IMG/VR virus record: IMGVR_UViG_3300034152_001126
Location: 1-24,969 of that record
DNA: 24,969 bases
DNA from: a virus
Lineage: Duplodnaviria > Caudoviricetes
Strand: one strand, 5' to 3'
Shown: piece after piece, positions 16,101 through 23,873 of the stretch
How the letters are laid out: each line of letters starts with the position of its first letter
Position numbering within the stretch: position 1 is the first letter of the stretch
Notes under the pieces: generated by a model
Databases searched by the model: none
What the model saw: only the letters and a program-made list of their open reading frames with translations
Told to the model about the DNA's origin: nothing
Program-made: the position numbers and the translations under genes

Positions 16101-18999
16101 TGATCGTTGCCCAGAACTAATGGAATGTGCTGATAAAATTGTTGGCATGCCAAAAGAGTATTCTACACACGCAGCTGGGATGGTAGTTTCAGATGTCCCA
16201 ATTTATGAGTTTGCTCCGCTACGTATTGATAAAAACAGGGAAATAGCAGTACAGTATGAGAAGAATCGCTGTGAGAGCGAGGGTTTGGTTAAGATGGATT
16301 TCTTGGCCATATCAACGTTGGATGTCATTGACGAGACATTTAAAAACATTAGAAGTCTTGGTATAGAAAATGCACCCAGACAAATGGAAGATATTCCACT
16401 GGATGACCCTGCCACATATGAGATGATTCAGCGCGGTCAAACCAAGTGTGTTTTCCAACTCGGCAAGTCAGGCATTATGGCGGCCCTATGTAAAAGGATT
16501 AAGCCAAAAAATATTTTGGATATTGCCATGGTAAATGCTCTTGGCAGGCCTGCAGCAAAAGGTAAGCCAGGAGAAAAAGGCACCAGAGAAGAGTATATAG
16601 ATCGCAGAACAGGCAAGGATGAGGTTACCTATCCTCACATATCTTTAGAAAAGCCTCTTGGCGAGACGTATGGTTTAGCCATCACAGAAGAGCAACTTAT
16701 GGGTGTAGCTGGCCATGTAGCTGGATGGGACCTAAACAAAGCAGATAAGCTCAGAAAGTTTACCAAGATTAAGGGTAAGGATCCAGATTTTGCTCTAAAA
16801 CTAGAGGCGGAGTTTATTGAGGGGATGATGAACACCCATGGTGTAGATTATGAGTTGGCTAAGGGAGTTTGGGATAAGTATGTAGCTGGCTTCGGGGGGT
16901 ACGGCTTCAATAAAACTATGCATAAAGATACATTAGTTTATACCACATCAGGCACAAAGAAAATGTCAGAGTGTAAGGTGGGAGATAAACTGTATAGTTT
17001 AGATGACGGGAAAGTTGTTGTATCAAATATTACAAACATATATGATCATGGTATAGTCCCTTTATGGAAATTAACATTCAACGATGGTTCTGTTGAAAGG
17101 TGCACATTAGATCATAAGTGGATTGTAAATGGGGAAAGGATAACTACTAGGAGGATATTAGAAGAAAATGCCGAAATCGATTCCATCAGTGTGTCCGGGT
17201 TGCCATCAGGAATTTCCCTCAAAAGCGAAGTTAAATGCTCACAAAAAAATATGTGTAGAGTATTGTTCTCAAGTAAAAACGGGGATAAATGCGAAAAGAG
17301 TAAGAAAGTTTTATTGTGGAGAGGAAAAGGTTTGTACAAAAGTGGAATGGTCAGAACACTTCCAAAAATGTCAAATATGTCAGAAAGTAAGAAAAGAGGT
17401 TCGTCAACAGACCATGTCGAAGGTAAACAGGTCGGACACAATGAGAAAAAAAGCCTCAGTAACTGCGAAGAAAACATCCTCAAGAATAGATATACAACTA
17501 AAGAGAGCAGAAGTTTTGAGGAAATGGAGACAAAACAATCCAGAGGAGTTTGCAAAAATATTGGCAAAGGCGCACAGTTCTCCAAAGAGATCAAAGATGG
17601 AAATGGAATTAGAGCCGCATTTGCAGAAAATAGGGTTCAAAAGAAACGGGACGATTTTGTGTGGCTCAAAACAGAAACAAGTAGATTTTGTCAACAAAGA
17701 GATAAGGTGTGTGATAGAGATAGATGGTCCTTGGCATTTCCTCCCAATCAAGGGAGAGGATCACTTGAAAACAGTACAGAGCAGAGATTGTATATTAGAG
17801 ACGGAGATCAGCAAGAGGGAATGGAAGTTATTGAGGATCGCCATGGATCAGTTCCCAAAATCTGGCAAACCATCAGAAAAACTCCTGGATATAATTATAA
17901 AAATTATACAAGAGAGGCCAAGCAAAATATACTATCTAGGAAAGTTATACAATTCAGTTTCGAGGGATTTGATAGGGGACTTGATATAGAAGTTGATAAT
18001 GAATCTCATAATTTTCTTCTTGCATCTGGTATATTTACTTCAAACTCGCATGCAGTATTCTATTCAATTAATGGATATATCACAGCTTATCTAAAATGTC
18101 ACTATCCTGCAGCTTTTCTTGCAGCCTATCTTAAGGTTAAAACTTCAAAGGGCGGCATTAACAAAGATGATGAGATTAATGGAGCGAAGGGTGAGTGCCG
18201 TAGGTTGGGAATTAGAATTATTCCTCCCGATATTAACAAAAGCAAAGCTGGATACGAGGTCTTGGATGATCAAACTGTCGTAATGGGCTTAGCGGCTATT
18301 AAGGGAATGGGAGCAAAGGCTCTAGATGAAGTTATAAGTAAACAACCATTCTCATCGTTTGTTAATTTTCTCCACAAAGTAGACGGTAGAATTATTAATA
18401 AAAGTAAAATCGAAGCTTTAGCTAAGGCTGGGTGTTTCGATTCTTTCAAAGTAAACAGAAAAGATGTTCATGATGAGGGTAAAAAGATACGTGATAAGAT
18501 GAACGCCTTCCTCAGAAAGAAGATCAAAGATGGTTATGATGCTGAAATGGCTATCGAAGATTTTCCTCTTAAATTCTCTGGAAATGAGTGGGGCCAACAG
18601 GAAAAACTTAGGTATGAGCAAGAGGTATTGGGCGAATTAGTATCTGGAAATATCCACGACCTTTTTCCCAGATTCTTTACCAATAATGGAGTTACTTTAA
18701 TCTCCAAGCTTCGAGTGCTACCAAATCGTCATAGAATTGTGGTAGAAGTTATTGTCAAGAGCTTTTTGCGTGAGTTTAAGATAAAAAATGGCAAATACGC
18801 TGGTCAGAAGATGGCCAAATACCTAGTGGAAGATGTCATGGGCACGGAGGTTGAGCTTACAGTGTGGCCAACTGAGTATAAAACTGCCAAAGATTTAATG
18901 ACTATTGGCAGGCCGGTTGGGGCCATCTGTGAGGTAAGTGACTTTAACGGTGCGAAAACATTAATGTTAAAAGAACTTCAAAAAGTTTATGGAAATTGA
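13126..18999 (+). CDS. dnaE: DNA polymerase III alpha subunit precursor with two inteins (1957 aa; 1130 aa after splicing)
   Basis: PHP motifs HLHAH, AITDHG, GCEAY and DAHY. GRG|S, LLFERF, catalytic PDIDTDF, STHAAG, KMDFL, GYGFNK|SHA, PPDINKS, HhH GLAAIKGMG and C-terminal OB region. Confidence 0.97.
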   Translation: MRDFVHLHAHTNLGSMLDALQSVDDLFDLVNLKGQKALAITDHGTLAALFDAYKAYKRTGVKFIPGCEAYFVHSYDIIEPKKGEKGRKKTEKRKHMVLLAQNETGYKNLLKINYLGFHHFVVSMGRVFPRISWEILEEYNEGIIAMSACANGILAEPIFQDDYKKAVEYAKRFADIFKGRFYLEIQPHALEDDRLSQVKLNNQLIKMSKELDLPLVTAVDAHYLTKSDATVHDVLMAINAKKPVDDPDRHRYGINEFYVKDGDEVYDFLAKFHGEEAAEEAVSNTVKIADMIEPPDYMESKGNHLPVFDPSKEPDYKEFLEWREKSHTPENLPMDKAYMRFHIIDGFKRKFGHLGPAERKERWDRVKNELKILEGNNFSSYMLITADMIKWAKKNDILVGIGRGCLSGDTMVFTSDGFKRLDKIVKGDVVLTHKGRFRSVKDTFKYDVSNEDLVQVRTDYSFGPITLTNDHEVYGTKKRKTKSYQQYLNNNWKPPFKRRKYFVKNDPSFVAISELNKDDFIFMPFPDRPDHDIESLDLGEYCGPNDILDGNNIISMIPLTNNLSIGEISKKTGLSRNAVQRAKRNNKILVKTRLVISDYLAQSGVSFDDWQNSTNTENREIGRYLEIDEDFCYMIGRWIGDGWIHDKNQSYSIGFAFHRDDVSGKEKLFNYFSELGFKCTIAPHKEKKIDQLYVYSYILAKLFRDLFPSYQDTSSTKSFGIFSGLPSNKTKQIIMGIKHSDGHYNIERDKRENIDSTSINLINNIRQELLYLKIPSSVSIRKSYKYGEYVCKKSYKLRFRGIEGELSNRIDHRIFENGYYVTILDKKQIKKDFVYDIHVDEDKSYVTQNYAVHNSVGGSLIAHLLGIHNVDPLEYGLLFERFQNAYKTDLPDIDTDFTSNGRDNVQEYVREKYGRDNCAQVSNINTYTPKNVIPDLVKSMRNVMPGLIPEGAYYVKIAEAIKAAIPDQDPDGNKVKTLERAMELSPKLRDFADRCPELMECADKIVGMPKEYSTHAAGMVVSDVPIYEFAPLRIDKNREIAVQYEKNRCESEGLVKMDFLAISTLDVIDETFKNIRSLGIENAPRQMEDIPLDDPATYEMIQRGQTKCVFQLGKSGIMAALCKRIKPKNILDIAMVNALGRPAAKGKPGEKGTREEYIDRRTGKDEVTYPHISLEKPLGETYGLAITEEQLMGVAGHVAGWDLNKADKLRKFTKIKGKDPDFALKLEAEFIEGMMNTHGVDYELAKGVWDKYVAGFGGYGFNKTMHKDTLVYTTSGTKKMSECKVGDKLYSLDDGKVVVSNITNIYDHGIVPLWKLTFNDGSVERCTLDHKWIVNGERITTRRILEENAEIDSISVSGLPSGISLKSEVKCSQKNMCRVLFSSKNGDKCEKSKKVLLWRGKGLYKSGMVRTLPKMSNMSESKKRGSSTDHVEGKQVGHNEKKSLSNCEENILKNRYTTKESRSFEEMETKQSRGVCKNIGKGAQFSKEIKDGNGIRAAFAENRVQKKRDDFVWLKTETSRFCQQRDKVCDRDRWSLAFPPNQGRGSLENSTEQRLYIRDGDQQEGMEVIEDRHGSVPKIWQTIRKTPGYNYKNYTREAKQNILSRKVIQFSFEGFDRGLDIEVDNESHNFLLASGIFTSNSHAVFYSINGYITAYLKCHYPAAFLAAYLKVKTSKGGINKDDEINGAKGECRRLGIRIIPPDINKSKAGYEVLDDQTVVMGLAAIKGMGAKALDEVISKQPFSSFVNFLHKVDGRIINKSKIEALAKAGCFDSFKVNRKDVHDEGKKIRDKMNAFLRKKIKDGYDAEMAIEDFPLKFSGNEWGQQEKLRYEQEVLGELVSGNIHDLFPRFFTNNGVTLISKLRVLPNRHRIVVEVIVKSFLREFKIKNGKYAGQKMAKYLVEDVMGTEVELTVWPTEYKTAKDLMTIGRPVGAICEVSDFNGAKTLMLKELQKVYGN
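14338..15687 (+). mobile_element. DnaE intein 1 (450 aa) with in-frame LAGLIDADG endonuclease
   Basis: Inserted in GRG|S. Begins CLSGDT, block B LTNDHEV, LAGLIDADG motifs YMIGRWIGDG and IMGIKHSDG, block F VYDIHV, ends VHN with Ser+1. Confidence 0.95.
17149..17154 (+). promoter_or_regulatory. Shine-Dalgarno for the nested endonuclease gene
   Basis: AGGAGG (Arg-Arg codons of the intein frame) 13 nt before ATG 17168. The spacing is on the long side. Confidence 0.55.
17168..17989 (+). CDS. Zinc-finger + DUF559/Vsr-like (EDxHD-type) endonuclease nested in the +1 frame of DnaE intein 2
   Basis: 273 aa: CPGC-x12-H...C finger, basic helical linker, then SKME..L...L...GF, VDFV, VIEIDGPWH, RD..L and WKLLRI, the Vsr/DUF559 nuclease pattern. 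Confidence 0.85.
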   Translation: MPKSIPSVCPGCHQEFPSKAKLNAHKKICVEYCSQVKTGINAKRVRKFYCGEEKVCTKVEWSEHFQKCQICQKVRKEVRQQTMSKVNRSDTMRKKASVTAKKTSSRIDIQLKRAEVLRKWRQNNPEEFAKILAKAHSSPKRSKMEMELEPHLQKIGFKRNGTILCGSKQKQVDFVNKEIRCVIEIDGPWHFLPIKGEDHLKTVQSRDCILETEISKREWKLLRIAMDQFPKSGKPSEKLLDIIIKIIQERPSKIYYLGKLYNSVSRDLIGDLI

Positions 19000-19008
19000 G
19001 AAAAACCC

Positions 19009-19036
19009 TTGACAATCTATCAATAAGGTTTAAATT
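19009..19036 (+). promoter_or_regulatory. Putative sigma-70-type promoter
   Basis: TTGACA 19009-19014, 16-nt spacer, TAAATT 19031-19036 in an AT-rich intergenic gap. SD GAGGTG at 19047-19052. Confidence 0.55.
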
Positions 19037-19060
19037 AATAGTTAGAGAGGTGGAAATTTC

Positions 19061-19702
19061 ATGCAATGCAGATCTTGTGGAACTCCGATACTTGCCACAT
19101 TTAAACACGCGATAGCACAGAATATATGCCCAGCATGTGGTGGCCAAATTATGGATGAGGAATCCCTAGCCTTAATAGAGGATGTGGGCAATACCATTCG
19201 TAATGAGGCTGCTGTACGTGGAGAAACGGCTCACAATCTGGCTGTTGCGTTAGTGGCAAGATATGACATTACCCTTCGTAATAATGAGCAGATGTCTCAA
19301 ATGCCTGTTCAACGAGTGCCAGCACAACCTGCTAGCCCTCAGTCTACAGCACAACAGCCTGTTACACAACATAAGGTTGCTCCACCAAGCGCCATGAAAC
19401 AGGCTATGACTCAAGATGTTATGTCAGCTCCAGAAATGCCAGATGGTATTTCTGAACGAGAGCGCGAGCAAATGCTTGAAGAGGCTGTACGTAGTAGATA
19501 TAATATGGTAGACCAGATACAGGCAGATACAATGACCAATGAGGATTTTGCTGACGAACAGGCTTTAGTTCCTGCGGAAGAGTCGGTTTTTTCTGAAGGC
19601 ACCCCTAATCCTATTTTAGAACGAGAGCGTTTGGCCAGATTGGCTAAACAGCAACAAGCTATGAACGGTGGGGGACAGGGAGTGTTCCGTAGAGGTAGTT
19701 AA
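19061..19702 (+). CDS. Hypothetical protein with N-terminal zinc ribbon and Gln/Pro/Ala-rich linker
   Basis: MQCRSC...CPACG, SD GAGGTG, TAATG coupling to the next gene. Confidence 0.75.
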   Translation: MQCRSCGTPILATFKHAIAQNICPACGGQIMDEESLALIEDVGNTIRNEAAVRGETAHNLAVALVARYDITLRNNEQMSQMPVQRVPAQPASPQSTAQQPVTQHKVAPPSAMKQAMTQDVMSAPEMPDGISEREREQMLEEAVRSRYNMVDQIQADTMTNEDFADEQALVPAEESVFSEGTPNPILERERLARLAKQQQAMNGGGQGVFRRGS

Positions 19703-19995
19703 TGCCCATTAGAATCATAGATTATAAAGAAGTTGATATGACTAATGAGGAATATGGTTACTATCAGCGAATTGTAGAAGAGTTTTCTAGTGGAATGTAT
19801 TCTGGTAAAGAACAGTTTCGTGACACGTTTGATGTAGATGAAGATGGTTGTATTACCTTAATCAGGCCTCCACTAAAAAAACAAACAGCATGGGCTGTTA
19901 TTGTTTTTCTACAAAATCTAATGATTAACCAAAGATTAAGACGTGCGGAGCGATGGATTACGGAGATTACTAATGACAGAAAAACTGACGGTTAG
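19702..19995 (+). CDS. Hypothetical protein
   Basis: 97-aa ORF with a coupled start. Confidence 0.7.
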   Translation: MPIRIIDYKEVDMTNEEYGYYQRIVEEFSSGMYSGKEQFRDTFDVDEDGCITLIRPPLKKQTAWAVIVFLQNLMINQRLRRAERWITEITNDRKTDG

Positions 19996-20491
19996 AAGAC
20001 AGCTTGACCTTGAACATTTCAATCCATTGGATATTGAAATTGAAGAATTTAAGGGTCTTGCTGATGCTATGCCCAGAGATGCTAATATAGATATAGCCAA
20101 TGCTGAAAAGCTTGCGGCTAGATTTTTAAGAGCGGCTGACCGGTGTAGTGAAATTTTATCCACTTTAATTTTAGTAGAAAACAAAGCTAAGTCGAGGCTT
20201 AGTGCAACAAAGAATAGATTGTATTTATCAGCAAGTGAAGAGGGCCATAGAACCGTAAAAGCACGTGAGGCTTACGCTGAAAGTCATGAAGAGTTTGTTG
20301 CCGCAACAGATAAATACAATGAAGCGTATGCAGTTCGTAAGTTTTTTGAAGCAAAGCAAAAATGGTTTATTGATGCGCATTATTTAATGAAACAGAGACT
20401 AAAAGGTGAATACGGACACCAGAAAGCCTCTGGTTTTTCTGAAACCTCTGGCCAGGAAAGGACCTGGGGAGAGAAGTCCTGGAACGACTAG
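19973..20491 (+). CDS. Helical protein, possibly a UvsY-like recombination mediator
   Basis: All-helical pattern with T...REAYAE..EEF-type segment; located near SSB, RuvC and RecA. ATG 19973 with GGAG at 19962 is preferred over GTG 19943. The function is an inference. Confidence 0.5.
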   Translation: MTEKLTVRRQLDLEHFNPLDIEIEEFKGLADAMPRDANIDIANAEKLAARFLRAADRCSEILSTLILVENKAKSRLSATKNRLYLSASEEGHRTVKAREAYAESHEEFVAATDKYNEAYAVRKFFEAKQKWFIDAHYLMKQRLKGEYGHQKASGFSETSGQERTWGEKSWND

Positions 20492-20500
20492 GAGAGAAAT

Positions 20501-20803
20501 ATGTCAACTTTTGATATGGATATGCATGTTAAGAAAGGTCAGTCTGATAAACCCTTATATGCAGTTTTTTTAAAGAAAAAGACTGCAAGATCACCAGACC
20601 GATATTTTATTGTAACTAAAAAGGCAGAGTATTTTCTCCCCAACGCTTTTCACGGTATTGGTTTTTGGGCTGATCAGATTCCAGAACTAGATCCAGAAAC
20701 CACTGCATCGAAACAGTACTTAGAGGATCAGAAATATTCAGAAGTATGGATTCCATACGAGAACATTGAGTTTATAGAAAGTTTAGTTTATATAAAAAGA
20801 TAG
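20501..20803 (+). CDS. Hypothetical protein
   Basis: 100-aa ORF with SD AGGAG. Confidence 0.7.
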   Translation: MSTFDMDMHVKKGQSDKPLYAVFLKKKTARSPDRYFIVTKKAEYFLPNAFHGIGFWADQIPELDPETTASKQYLEDQKYSEVWIPYENIEFIESLVYIKR

Positions 20804-20917
20804 GCCACGTTGGCTGGATGTCGTGACAGTCGATTCATCGTCTTGACAACAAACATCCGAAAATAATTATCCCGCTATGTACAATGCGTACCAGGGAACA
20901 CACACAGGAGGATTGAT

Positions 20918-21622
20918 ATGTCTGAAGTAAAATATGGAGAACTTGCAAGTTGGGATGACGGAGATGTTTCCGGACCAAATGATTTCATGAACCTAGAACA
21001 AGGTGATAATAAGGTAAGGATTGTTACAAATCCTTATCAGTTCGTAGTCCATTGGGTAAAGGACGAAAGTGGTAAGAATCGCAAGATTCGTTGTGCTATT
21101 AACGATTGTCCACTTTGCCGTCAGGGAGTTGATGCTCAAACTCGCTGGTATGTTGGCGTACTAGATTATAAGAGTGGCAGACCTAAAATCTTGGAGATTG
21201 GGAGCCAGATTTTCAGGGGCATTCGCGGTTACGTGAACAACCCTGACTGGAATGAAACAATCAAAAAGCCTTGGGGCCAGATCTTAGCCTATGACGTCAA
21301 CATCACTCGTGGGCCAAAGGGTACTCAGCCTCTTTATCAGGTTATGCCTAGCCCCAAGATGAAGGACATCACCGAAGAAGAAACTGCTCTTACAGAGGGT
21401 TTCTTGAAGAGGGTAAACATTACAAAGTTTACCCAACCTCCAACACCTGCAGAGGTTGAGGAGAAATTGGGCGTTTCTAGTGACAGCGGCGCAACGCCAG
21501 CTGGCCAGCAGTACGCTGTTGGAACCCAAACTGTCACTAACACTGAGGCTGGTGTGAAACCGGCTATCGGAGATGATGAGTTCGAGTTTGGCGACGAAGG
21601 TTTGGAAGGGGACGACGAGTAA
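20918..21622 (+). CDS. Single-stranded DNA-binding protein, T4 gp32-like
   Basis: F..L..G.N.VRI, HW...C....CPLC zinc site, KILE.G.QIF..I, YDV.ITR...G....Y.V, and a very acidic C-terminal tail. Strong SD AGGAGG. Confidence 0.78.
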   Translation: MSEVKYGELASWDDGDVSGPNDFMNLEQGDNKVRIVTNPYQFVVHWVKDESGKNRKIRCAINDCPLCRQGVDAQTRWYVGVLDYKSGRPKILEIGSQIFRGIRGYVNNPDWNETIKKPWGQILAYDVNITRGPKGTQPLYQVMPSPKMKDITEEETALTEGFLKRVNITKFTQPPTPAEVEEKLGVSSDSGATPAGQQYAVGTQTVTNTEAGVKPAIGDDEFEFGDEGLEGDDE

Positions 21623-21629
21623 TCAATTT

Positions 21630-21678
21630 GCCGGTGGGTCTCACAATCAACGTGGCCTGAGGCCCACCGGCTTTTTTT
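21630..21678 (+). terminator. Intrinsic terminator with an unusually large loop
   Basis: 14-bp stem GCCGGTGGGTCTCA/TGAGGCCCACCGGC (one G-U), 14-nt loop, followed by T7. Confidence 0.85.
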
Positions 21679-21690
21679 CTGGATGTGTAA

Positions 21691-22302
21691 ATGAGCAAAA
21701 GCGAATACAAGATCGATCTTTTAGATGTAGAGGATTTTAAAGTACTTCTTATTAATTCTAAGCCTCCAAGAATTGAGGCTAAGGTCATATTTGATCGTGA
21801 CCATATTAGCCAAAAGCTAATATTTACACTTATGGAGATTACTCATGAACATGGTTTTGGGTGCTCACCGCCCCATTTTAATGGGCCTGATGACTCATCC
21901 ATGACCTTTCTTATAGGATATATTCTTCCCAGCAAGAGATCACTTAAAAAGCACCTTGAGCGTATTAGGGAGTGTTTAGACGAAGTGAAAACGTTTGCAA
22001 ACGATTTTACTCAGCAACTAGATTTTAGTCAGCTGGATATATCGATGTTTCATAAAATAGGGCTTAGTGGGTTTTATCCAGAGCATTTAGCAGCCGTAAG
22101 AGATCAAAATTATAATGGATCTTGGAAAGAATTTTATGAGGCGATGGTTTCAGAAGATAGGGAAGACGAAGCTGAGATAGTTCAGCGATGTATGGAATTC
22201 GAAGAAATAAATTCCAAGGACATGGGGCTTGTGGGACATAAATTAGGGTTTATGCTTCACATGCTAGAGCAGGTTCCGCCAATAAGTAGTGATGCCAACT
22301 AA
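21691..22302 (+). CDS. Hypothetical protein
   Basis: 203-aa ORF in operon context; no motif recognised. Confidence 0.7.
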   Translation: MSKSEYKIDLLDVEDFKVLLINSKPPRIEAKVIFDRDHISQKLIFTLMEITHEHGFGCSPPHFNGPDDSSMTFLIGYILPSKRSLKKHLERIRECLDEVKTFANDFTQQLDFSQLDISMFHKIGLSGFYPEHLAAVRDQNYNGSWKEFYEAMVSEDREDEAEIVQRCMEFEEINSKDMGLVGHKLGFMLHMLEQVPPISSDAN

Positions 22303-22900
22303 AAAAAAATCAAGGGTGCGGTTTACAAACGTACCAGGGACAGTTTTGGATAATGAGCCTAGAATATTAGGTTTGGACTGTAGCTCCAGCACAATGGGCT
22401 GGGGTCTTGTTACGTTGAGAAACTCTCCTGTTTTGGTGGCACACGGACATATTAAACCTTTAAAGTCCCAGTATAATCTTTATGTAAGATTACAGGATGT
22501 CCACGAAAAAGTGGGCGAACTTTGTCAGCAGATAAATCCAACACACGTGGTTGTGGAGGATATAGTTTTTCATATACAGGGAAGGTCTAGTGCTAAGACC
22601 ATTACAACGTTGGCCATTTTTAACCGAGTAGCTGGATTATCTGTATATATGCATACAGGTATAACTCCAGAACTATTTGCTGTAGGGACTATAAGGAAAC
22701 TTATAAGAGGCGAACACACAGGGGTGAATCCAAAGTTTAAAAAAGAGGATATTCCTGATATTATAAGGAATCATTTAGAACCTAGATTTGCTAATATTAT
22801 CAATCGTAATGGTAATGTATCTGACGAAACCTATGACGAGTCTGATGGGATAGCGGCAGCATGGGCCTACGGAATACAGTTGGGAAAGAATAATGAGTGA
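22292..22900 (+). CDS. ruvC: RuvC-like Holliday junction resolvase
   Basis: ILGLDCS...GWG, VVVED and DESDGIAAA supply the RNase H-fold acidic residues. Start is GTG 22289 or ATG 22292. Confidence 0.8.
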   Translation: MPTKKKSRVRFTNVPGTVLDNEPRILGLDCSSSTMGWGLVTLRNSPVLVAHGHIKPLKSQYNLYVRLQDVHEKVGELCQQINPTHVVVEDIVFHIQGRSSAKTITTLAIFNRVAGLSVYMHTGITPELFAVGTIRKLIRGEHTGVNPKFKKEDIPDIIRNHLEPRFANIINRNGNVSDETYDESDGIAAAWAYGIQLGKNNE

Positions 22901-23873
22901 TCCGTTTAAAGTTTTGGGGTTAGAACCCGGTGCTTCTGAAGCAGAAATAAAAAAGGCTTATAAAAATTTGGCCGTAAAATACCATCCAGACAAGCATCCT
23001 AATGATAAGACCGCCGAAGAAAAGTTCAAGGAAATTAGTGGTGCATATGAGGCTCTTAAAAAGAATAACTGGAAATACGAAAGCTTTGGCAACCAGTTTG
23101 GCTTTAACGGTTTTTCTTCAGTAAACCTCAACATAGATGATTTATTTAACCAAGCTTTTGGAGGTTTTAATCCGTTTGGGCGTGGAAGAAAGGTGGGGCG
23201 AGTTAGGACTGGACGGCTCGATATCACTTTAGAGGAAGCCTACCATGGATGTAAAAAGAAAATACACATTGAAGATACTGTAAGTTGTGCCTCTTGTAAA
23301 GGCAGGGGGTTTGAACTGTCTGACCAAAAATGTCCGTCTTGTGGTGGTACTGGGCAAACCAGAATGGCTCAGGGTGCTATTTCCTTGGTAACACCATGTC
23401 AAGTCTGTAAGGGCCTTGGGCGTTCTATTAAATCAATGTGCACAGATTGTGGCGGTAAGGGAAAGCAATTTAAAAAACAAGATCTTGTTGTAGATATACC
23501 GCCTGGTGTCCATCATGGCGCTAAAATTAACCCTACGAACGATTTGCAGATAAGGGTTCTATACAAACCTCATAAGGAATATAAAGTACTCAACAATATA
23601 GATATTATGAGCGAAAAAGAAATAGATATATTTACCGCTATATTGGGCGGCAAAGTTTCAATAAGTACCCTAGGAGGAGCCAAGAGTGTTAAAGTTCCCG
23701 CAGGATGCCAGCCAGAAACCATATTGCGTATAAGGCAAGCAGGTATGAAAACACGGCACAAAGTGGGCGATCATTTGTTAAACATTAAAATAAAAATACC
23801 AACCAAACTAACAGAACAGCAAAAAGAATTGTTACAAAAGCTCAAGGAGCAAATGGAGGAAAATAATGGCTAA
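22893..23873 (+). CDS. dnaJ: DnaJ chaperone (class A)
   Basis: J domain with YHPD, G/F-rich region, four CxxCxGxG repeats and C-terminal substrate-binding domain. Confidence 0.95.
   Translation: MSDPFKVLGLEPGASEAEIKKAYKNLAVKYHPDKHPNDKTAEEKFKEISGAYEALKKNNWKYESFGNQFGFNGFSSVNLNIDDLFNQAFGGFNPFGRGRKVGRVRTGRLDITLEEAYHGCKKKIHIEDTVSCASCKGRGFELSDQKCPSCGGTGQTRMAQGAISLVTPCQVCKGLGRSIKSMCTDCGGKGKQFKKQDLVVDIPPGVHHGAKINPTNDLQIRVLYKPHKEYKVLNNIDIMSEKEIDIFTAILGGKVSISTLGGAKSVKVPAGCQPETILRIRQAGMKTRHKVGDHLLNIKIKIPTKLTEQQKELLQKLKEQMEENNG

Larger units (their letters stand above)
16915..18045 (+). mobile_element. DnaE intein 2 (377 aa) with atypical termini, carrying an out-of-frame endonuclease gene
   Basis: Removal restores GYGFNK-SHA. 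Begins TMHKDTLVYT, block B CTLDHKW, block F LDIEVDNESHNF, ends IFTSN with Ser+1. Confidence 0.9.

Noticed and set aside
17112-17751. Two long antisense ORFs (160 and 115 aa) over the dual-coding region
   Set aside because: No motifs. The purine-rich, T-poor + strand here reduces TTA/CTA/TCA, so antisense frames stay open passively.
16915-18045. Group I intron or frameshift error as the explanation for the nested nuclease
   Set aside because: The DnaE frame is uninterrupted, intein blocks flank the insert, there is no non-coding space for a ribozyme core, and codon usage avoids stops in the second frame.
20843-20870. TTGACA in the SSB leader as a sigma-70 promoter
   Set aside because: No convincing -10 hexamer at 16-18 nt spacing.
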